The notes below the pieces were generated by a model, which did not search any database, had not been told where the DNA came from, and saw nothing but the letters and a program-made list of their open reading frames with translations. Shown here one piece after another: positions 56,920-64,000 of a DNA stretch of 64,000 nt. The stretch lies in assembly GCA_905178155.1 (NCBI GenBank), contig CAJINV010000004.1, positions 4,582,518 to 4,646,517 on the forward strand, given 5' to 3'. The translations under genes were made by a program, and so were the position numbers. Within the stretch, counting starts at the first letter, position 1. Each line of letters opens with the position of its first letter. The stretch is from Amoebophrya sp. A120 (lineage: Eukaryota > Protista > Dinoflagellata).

Positions 56920-59900
56920 ATGTCATCGGAAAAAGATTCCGTTGCAGGAGGGCGGGACGAGTCGCCCAGCTTGTTAGCGCAGCCCATCACCGACAGTGGG
57001 AAGACGCAGTCTAGTAATATTGATGCAAAAACTTCATCTGGCAGCACACCTCCAGCCTCTGGAGCTTCTTCAAGAGCAGCTGGAACGTCTAGTACCAAGA
57101 AGGACAATAAGCAGCTCAGAGCGTCACCGTCCACCGTTAGTACCACCTCCGTCCTCCGGGCAGAAACTGGAACTACGTCGAGAAAGAATAAAACGGAGCG
57201 AGTACTGGCCAGCACGGCCTCGGTAAGTGGAACAACCGGGGGAGCCGAGAACAATTACGGGGGAGCGGAAGAGCAACAAGATGCTCCTGGTCGAGAGTCT
57301 GCTGCAGAGGCGAGGGCGCGTTTTCGAGGCTCGGTGGAGCATTGGAGCGATATCGACCACGACGGCAGCGCCGAGATGCTGCTACTGAACCAACAGTTTT
57401 CTTTGGACGACAGAAGTACCACAGGCACCAATTTGCCGCCGATCGCTATCACCTCCCAAGTAGAGAGCGAGCCGCGATCCAAGAATATAATGCGCGCAAC
57501 GCCGTCACTCTGGTCGGATGTCACTAGTACACCAACCACAAAAATGGCCGTAGCGGGGCCGCGCAAAATGCGGGGGCTGTTGTCTCTGCACAGCGACCGG
57601 GGCGTTGCAGGCGGGGTGTCGGTGGCGACCACAGGAGTTGGTGGCTATGAACGGACAAAATACAATTTGACCCCAGAGCGAGCATATAGTGTTTCACTCG
57701 GTGAGTGGCGAAAGCGCAAATCTGTATGCTGAAAATGTTTCTCATGCGCAGACCCATGAAAAGCAGCTTCGATTACTGTTTTGAGATATGTGATGCTCCA
57801 ATCCGCATGGTATGTAGTGAGGTCACGAACGTTCTAACCTAGCGGTTTTTTTTGCCATGTCTTATGCAAAACGACCGGCAGTTTTCAATCGGCCGGAGGT
57901 GTTTTCGGACATAAAAGATTTCCATTTATCAATCGGGCGCGGCTTTGATATCAAACAAGCCCGAGCCAATTCTATCGATTCCCGATTGGCAAAAGGGGCG
58001 CCCTTCCGAGGCTCCCGGCGCACCTATTTCCGTCGATTTGGGCCGCCCAAAAGGGGGCGCCAAGAAAATGCAAAGACGACAAAAACCTTGAATCCGCATG
58101 GTATGGGCCCCATTTTGGCCAACTTTTGGAGGGCGCAAAGCCGGCCGCCGAAGTCTGGCATTTGTAACGCGGGGAACAGCCCGAAAAGTGCGACTGTTCA
58201 ACAAAAAAAACCCAAAGAAGCAAACTCCGCAAAAATCTGAGAGCCAATCCGCATGCTATGGGCCCGATTCGGGGCGCCCATAGGGTCGGCCCTGGCGGAG
58301 GCCCTAGCGGGGCCATAGCATGCGGGGAAGGTTTCCGGACTTGGGAGACACAAAGGCGGAGGTCTGTAGCTGTGAGCTTTACCAGCCGCGACACCATGCG
58401 GTCGAACATTATGCGCGACGGAATACTCGAGGCAAAAAACGCGACTACGTTGCTCATTAGTGAAATGCGTGGGAACACCAGTAAGGCAAATGGGGGCGGT
58501 CAGTCAAAAAAACCGCCTTGACCTCACTACCCCCGCTGAGGCGGCTATTATTGGCACGCTAGACCTGTGATGCTGCTGCAGCACTAGCTAAGCACCACTA
58601 CACTGAAAGCCCAAATTTGTCATGCGCAACAGCCGAAGCCTGGTGATTTGTCTAGCAGATTTCCCATCTTGACTCCGGTGTGGGGACGTTTCTCCTCAGG
58701 ATACAACGGTGGCGACCACAGGAGGAGTTGGTGGCACGACCAGGACAACATCAGCCGCGACGGCGAGGGGAGCTGTTTCCAAGGATCGCGGTGGTCGGAA
58801 GAAAGACAGAGCGGCAGAAGAAATAGCGTCTGACGGAGATCACAAAAGCGGAGGTGCGGCGACCGGGAGTCCTACTAGTCCAGCGTCGACTCCTCGGGGC
58901 GAGAAAAAGAAGAACAAAGAAAAGCACAAGAAGGAGACACACAAAGACAAGAGGCGCGTCGAGGTTGGAGGCGAGCCGGATGGTCCTCGCGCAGGGCGGA
59001 AAAGTCCGCAGATAGTAAGCGACGCGGAAGTACTTGTGGATCATCATGATGAACTACATGTTGATCAAGGTGTCTTCACAACATTTGGAGATCATGAGAA
59101 CAAGTCGGGCGAGGAAAGCCGGCACGGTCAGGGACTCGACTTGGCGAAGGTGAAGGTCATGGGGATGATGAGTACTTTGAAAAGGGGATTTGTCAAGCGC
59201 CTGCACATCCGGGACTCCCTCGCGCGGGGCTCGGACTTGAGTACCGCGAGCCAGCGCCAGGAGAGGGAGGAAGCGGATCACCGCAACCGGTTTTTCCAAA
59301 ACTTGCTACGAACCCGCCACCACTACGACATGGATCTCTTCGACCATGGGCAGCTCGGAGCAGTCGGAGCAGGTGGACGGGACCCCCGCCAGCTGGGCCC
59401 CCGGGCTTTGTCGGCGTCCTCTGGAGCGTCCAGTCAGAAAGACTCCACGACCGTCGGAGCAGGGCGTCACTCTCAACAGCAGCACACTTCATCCACGACC
59501 ACCCGGCAGCAGCTCTACAATGCTGGTGGGTCGTTTTCACCCGGGGAACTGCGCCGCGACCATCATGGGGAGTCTCCGTTGGACCTCCATGGAGGTGGCG
59601 ATGTGGAAGGTATGGCCGCCCGCGGTGACCTGCTGGACGACGAGGACGTTGCAGCGGCCGCGCAACTCCTGCAGGCCCGGCAGAACCGCCGGGCAACAAC
59701 CTGGTCCCGGGCTTACATCTTCTTTGTCCGCCACTTGTCGCCCGGGCGCTTGCCCCTGCTGTACATGCTTCGTTTTTACGCGGTGTACAACATTTTCGCG
59801 GTGATTTTCTGCGACACCCTCCTGCTCATCTGCCCCGTGTCGCCCAAGGCGGAGCTGAACACATTGAACACCATCCGGGACACCTCGCGCCGAATCAGCT

Positions 59901-62900
59901 GCATGATATCCTGTGCAAAAGTATCGTACTCATATAAATGCAAGTCTTGCATTGCAAATCTTGTTCCCAAGGCAAATCTGCATTACAAATCTTATTTCTC
60001 ATCATGCTGAGGAAATTTGTAATGCATTTATACGAGTGCGATACCATACTTTTGCAAGTCATACATGACCTGCGGCGACGATTACAGTCAGACGACAGAA
60101 CAAGCAGGAGGTGTGGTCTCATCACCATCTACTCTTGGCCAAGCTAGTACAGCTAGTGCACCTCCTACTGCTGCTGCCGCTACATCCACCGCAAGAACTA
60201 CAGCGACCTCGGGTGAAGCGCCGGATCCTGACGTGAACAAAGGCCCCTCTAGTTCTTCATCCTTCGCGACAACAAGAACCACATCAAGAGCCTACAATTC
60301 TTTGCAGGATGAAAAAAGAATAAGAAACACTGAAGACAACAACTTTGACGCGGCAACCGACGAGGAAGAGGATCAAGTCACCACGGCAATGGAACTAGAT
60401 TACAACGGGGACCCGATTATTATGGCGTAGTTCTCAAACGTTACATTCTCAACTGTTACACGATTTGACATGCAAAATCAAGATCAACATCCACAGGGTG
60501 AAGCGACTTCGCATGACAAATTCCCGGAGGGCTAAACAGCATTTAAAAAAATCTGTGCGGAACTTGTAATGCTAGAGGTGCAATTGTCCCCCTTTGATTT
60601 TTGCTATTCTTGCATTGCAAATTCATGTAACAGTTGAGAGTGTAACGATTGAGAGTCTCATAATTATCTCAACGAGGAGGAGATCAGCACCACCTCCCAG
60701 AAGATCGTCCTCTTTCCTCCTGTCGTCCGATGAGACAAAGACGAATGGAGCAGCTGCTGCTTCTACTGCTGATGGCGCAACTATTCGGGGAAATGAAATT
60801 CTTCGCCCAAAAGCGTTCGCTTCGTCTAGTACTACTGGAGCGGGGGACACCGGTGCTGGTACAGCAACTTCAAGCGATCATCTCGAGGACCAAAGTAAGG
60901 CCGCGGCGGGGGCGTCTATTTCGCTACTCTCCACGACAAACAAACATCAAGGTCAAGCTGCAAATAAGGGAGCCGAAACTACTGCCACCAAAGATTCGGC
61001 TGCGGTTTCAAGATCTGAAAGTGTTTCGGGTGAACAAGATGAAGTCGAACATGAAGGGCAGGAGCAGGAGCAGGGTGCAAACGAAATTACATCTGCCAGC
61101 GGATTGGAATCGTTCTGGAAACAAGTGACGGCCGATGAGTTGAAAAACGAGGATATGTGGAAGCGGTACCAGTTCTACGTGAAGGAGCTCGAGCACCACA
61201 CAGGTTTGATTCACCATTGCCGCTGGATGACGGTATGCCTTGCAAAAACATCGCACTCGTAAGTGAATGCGATACTGCATCATGACAGACGTGTTATGCT
61301 ACCTGGTCATACTTGAGAAATTACATTTTTGCTTCATCTGAGAGGATTTCTCATGCAATGAATGTTCATGTTGAAGTTTTGATTATAAGTAAATGGATGC
61401 GAATTATGCGATACAATTTTGCAATGCATAGAGGGGATTCAGCTGCTACCTGCCCGAAGCGGCGAGCAGTGAGCAAGCGTTCGCTATCGAGGGCGCGAAC
61501 TGCCTGCTCGGCCCGCTCCGCTGGGCGAGTCTCGCCGCGCCCCAGTTCGCGCTGATGATTACCGCCATCATGTCTCTGGGGGAAATGCAGTGCTCGGACG
61601 GGTACATATCCAGGAAAAAACACCCATCCCCATCCAATTTGTCATGCAAAACATGCATAAAATCCACTATTTGTCCTGGACAAGATGGATGGGGATGGGT
61701 GTTTTTTCCTGGATACTACATCGCGATCAGCTACAAGTCGATGTGGCACCCGTTTTCCGCGCACGACGCGATTCCCCTGCTGCCCTACAATCTGATGCAG
61801 TCCTTCTTTGTGCTGGCGCTGACCGGGATATCCCCTGAAAATTAACCATCCCCATCCACGCTGTGCATGACAAACACGTGATTTTATGTATGTTTTGCAT
61901 GACAAAGTGGATGGGGATGGTTAATTTTCAGGGAATATGGGAGAATGTTTGGTCTGGTGTTCGATGTCTTGCGGATGCAGGACACGGAGACGAAGATGCG
62001 GGAGCTCCAAGACCACCCGGACGGCGTCCACTTCGAGGACTTTGCGAAGCACCAAAAAATAATGCGGTCCATCTTCGAGGGCCATCCCGTGTTCCAAATT
62101 TCGGGCAGTGTCTGCCAGGTGCTTTTCTTAGCCTACTTTCTGCTATGAGATTGCACGACAACTTCCCTACCCCCTCCCCCTCATTTGTATTGCATGAACA
62201 GCAGTACAAACGCCAGCGACCTTGGAGCTTGTGCGTGACAAACTTATGTACCTACTGTAGTACTATTTGGGCTCTCGAAACTTGTCATGCAAACAGTGCC
62301 ACAAGGCAGTGGCTGGATTTGGGATTTTGCATGACAAATGAGGGGGGAGGGGGGAGTTGTGCACTCTCATATCTGCTCGCGTTGCGGGCGGAGAAGCTGC
62401 GGGTGTGGGAGTTGGCGGACATGTCGTCGAGCGACGAGGACGAGGAGGTGCTCGATGAGAACGAGTTTTTGGAGCACATGTCGCTGTTGAAGAAAAACCA
62501 GCCGCGTCTGCAGCGGCAGCACGCAAACAAGCGCGACACCTTGACGCTGCAAAGCCTGGCATCGACGACGACCTCCACGGTGTCGGTTGCAGGAGTAGTG
62601 CCAGGAGCAGCTGGAAGTGTCCTGGTTGCAGCAGGAGCAGCAGCTCGGGAAGGCAGTAGTGCGAAAGAATCAGCTCCACCGACAGGCGCTGCTTCCACGA
62701 CCGCGTCATTGCCAACGCAACAGAAAAGGATGGGGTTCGCAGGTGTGGTAAGGCCGGAAGGAGAACAAGCAGTGGCAGAAGACGGAGAACAGGTCAGGAT
62801 GGTGCAATAGACACTTCTTGACAAATGCTTTTACAACTTTTGTGAAAGTTATTCTTGTTTTTCGAGAATCATCTCCTGGGTCATGTAGTGTGGACGACGG

Positions 62901-63159
62901 GAAGACTTGTAGAATAATGAAGAACAGGAAGAAATGTCATTACCAACCTCAGCGCCGCTGTTATACTTTTTGTTGTCAATATGCCGGCTGAGTCTTCAAT
63001 TTTTCAATGCTGATCAAAGTTTCAAAAACATTGCGTCTACATTCGGCAGTTCTACTTGTTCAATCTTGTTTCCATACAAGCACTCGCACACGACGTCGTG
63101 GACAATAAGAAAACGCCTTGTACGATATCCAGACGAAGGACAAGAACGACAGAAAATAA
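56920..63159 (+). CDS. Unknown multi-pass membrane protein with long disordered regions; last exon tentative
   Basis: ORFs joined in frame across 7 TIR elements. Hydrophobic segments LLYMLRFYAVYNIFAVIFCDTLLLICPV, LMQSFFVLALTGRMFGLVF, VCQVLFLAYFLLAL. GT donor near 62793. Confidence 0.65.
57646..58703. mobile_element. Composite F3-type introner with a non-matching left end and a nested insert
   Basis: Right end GGTGTGGGGACGTTTCTCCTCAGGATA and interior match the reverse complement of 15763. Flanked by a 29/32-bp duplication of CGGTGGCGACCACAGGA(GGA)GTTGGTGGC. Confidence 0.7.
57814..58530. mobile_element. Nested insert (about 717 bp) with GTAGTGAGGTCA inverted ends
   Basis: 12-bp terminal IR plus GCGGTTTTTTT sub-terminal IR. 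Host F3 sequence resumes near 58560. No clean TSD. Confidence 0.6.
59907..60063. mobile_element. Introner F1 (157 bp)
   Basis: TATCCTGTGCAAAAGTAT / ATACTTTTGCAAGTCATA; DR CATGA/CATGA. Confidence 0.93.
60421..60662. mobile_element. Introner F8 (242 bp)
   Basis: CTCAA.CGTTACA.TCTCAACTGTTACA TIR core; DR ATTAT/ATTAT; interior homologous to 49692. Confidence 0.92.
61234..61430. mobile_element. Degenerate introner F1-like (197 bp)
   Basis: TATGCCTTGCAAAA...TTTTGCAATGCATA; DR GACGG/GAGGG. Confidence 0.8.
61607..61715. mobile_element. Introner F6 (109 bp)
   Basis: Perfect 30-bp TIR TATCCAGGAAAAAACACCCATCCCCATCCA; DR GTACA/CTACA. Confidence 0.94.
61829..61937. mobile_element. Introner F6-related (109 bp)
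   Basis: TAT.CCCTGAAAATTAACCATCCCCATCCAC TIR; DR CGGGA/TGGGA. Confidence 0.93.
62144..62371. mobile_element. Introner F5 (228 bp)
   Basis: TATGAGA.TGCAC...CCCCCTCCCCC TIR; DR TCTGC/TCTGC. Confidence 0.92.
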
Positions 63160-63814
63160 AGATTAGCGAAGGCACGACTTCTTCCCGCCCTCTGTTCTCC
63201 TCACTACCGTTTGCACGCGCAGCGCAGTGAGGCGCAAACAGTCGTGAGTCGTCCCCCGCAAACAACGCCTACAAATTTTCTGGTGTGCGAAACAAAACGA
63301 GGCTGCATCTGCATGTCGTGGTTGATCGACGAACTTGAACACGAAGCAAGAAGTGATTTTTTTTGTAGACGTTGACGTGATTATTATCGTGATATTCCCT
63401 GAGGCTACTAGTGAGGAAAAAGCACTTTTATACGAGAGAAATAGAGAGCTGGTTCGTCGACAGAGTGGTTTCGCCGCTGCAAAAACGCGCTCTGTAGTTT
63501 TGTTGTCGCTTCTTTTCGCCTTCTTACTACAGCTGCTACTTCTACATCAAAAATTTTGATTGAGTCATTTAGTAGGTCAATGATCTTCGCTTCTATGGTC
63601 TTTCTCAGACGGGTAGTTGTCTTACCGCGAGGAAGGTGTCTATCAGTTGTTCCTTGCATGTTTGAGTACAACGTCAAAGAGAGAGGGAGCCGTAGTTCTA
63701 GTACCAGAATATAGGTCAGAAGGTCCTCGGCCGCTGAAGCCGAAACAAGCGGGACCACGAGGACAACACGACAAATATTCAAATCATCCCAGCGCTAAAC
63801 ACAGCCCGGCTAAT

Positions 63815-64000
63815 ATGTCGGGAACAACTTTCGGCGGTGGAAACGCGTCGCCTTTTGGCGGCGACGTTTTCGAGGTGCAGTGGAAGATGCGAAACCTGTT
63901 CCAGCAGTTGGATGTGCAGCAGCAACAGCAGGCGTCCAGTGGGAAAAAGGGCACCAAAACCGTGCACCAGATGCGGCTGTGCTACCAGATGTCGCAACTG
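63815..64000 (+). CDS. Start of an unknown gene, 3' truncated by the window
   Basis: ATG-initiated frame MSGTTFGGGNASPFGGDVFEVQWKMRNLFQQL... open to the window end; GC3-rich codons. Confidence 0.5.
   Translation, partial: MSGTTFGGGNASPFGGDVFEVQWKMRNLFQQLDVQQQQQASSGKKGTKTVHQMRLCYQMSQL

Noticed and set aside
57814-58530. CACTA-superfamily transposon (CACTAC/GTAGTG at the ends)
   Set aside because: Polarity is reversed (starts GTAGTG, ends CACTAC) and there is no 3-bp TSD.
1-64000. tRNA, rRNA or dinoflagellate spliced-leader relics
   Set aside because: None recognised by eye; tRNAscan-SE or Infernal would be needed to exclude them formally.

Overview
Eukaryotic genomic DNA with about 8 protein-coding genes, all on the + strand: a triple-KH RNA-binding protein (5' truncated), cohesin SMC1, an unknown single-TM protein, a USP10/Ubp3-like deubiquitinase, a small basic putatively mitochondrial protein, two large unknown proteins, and a gene start at the right edge. 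The dominant feature is about 46 non-coding elements of 109-1752 bp inserted in coding exons. They have 5'-TAY...RTA-3' terminal inverted repeats (TIRs) and 5-bp direct repeats (DRs). Removing the element plus 5 nt restores the reading frame at every exonic site I checked, including inside the SMC1 Walker A motif, yet almost none can be read as GT-AG. This matches the non-canonical 'introner' elements reported for the parasitic dinoflagellate Amoebophrya (organism assignment is inference). Details that look new: one internal GCAT(G/T)ACAA motif shared across unrelated TIR families; both orientations tolerated; introners nested in introners; kb-scale members flanked by long 3n+5 duplications that may add in-frame peptide repeats; DR mismatches that are often synonymous. 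All splice models are inferred by hand from DNA only.
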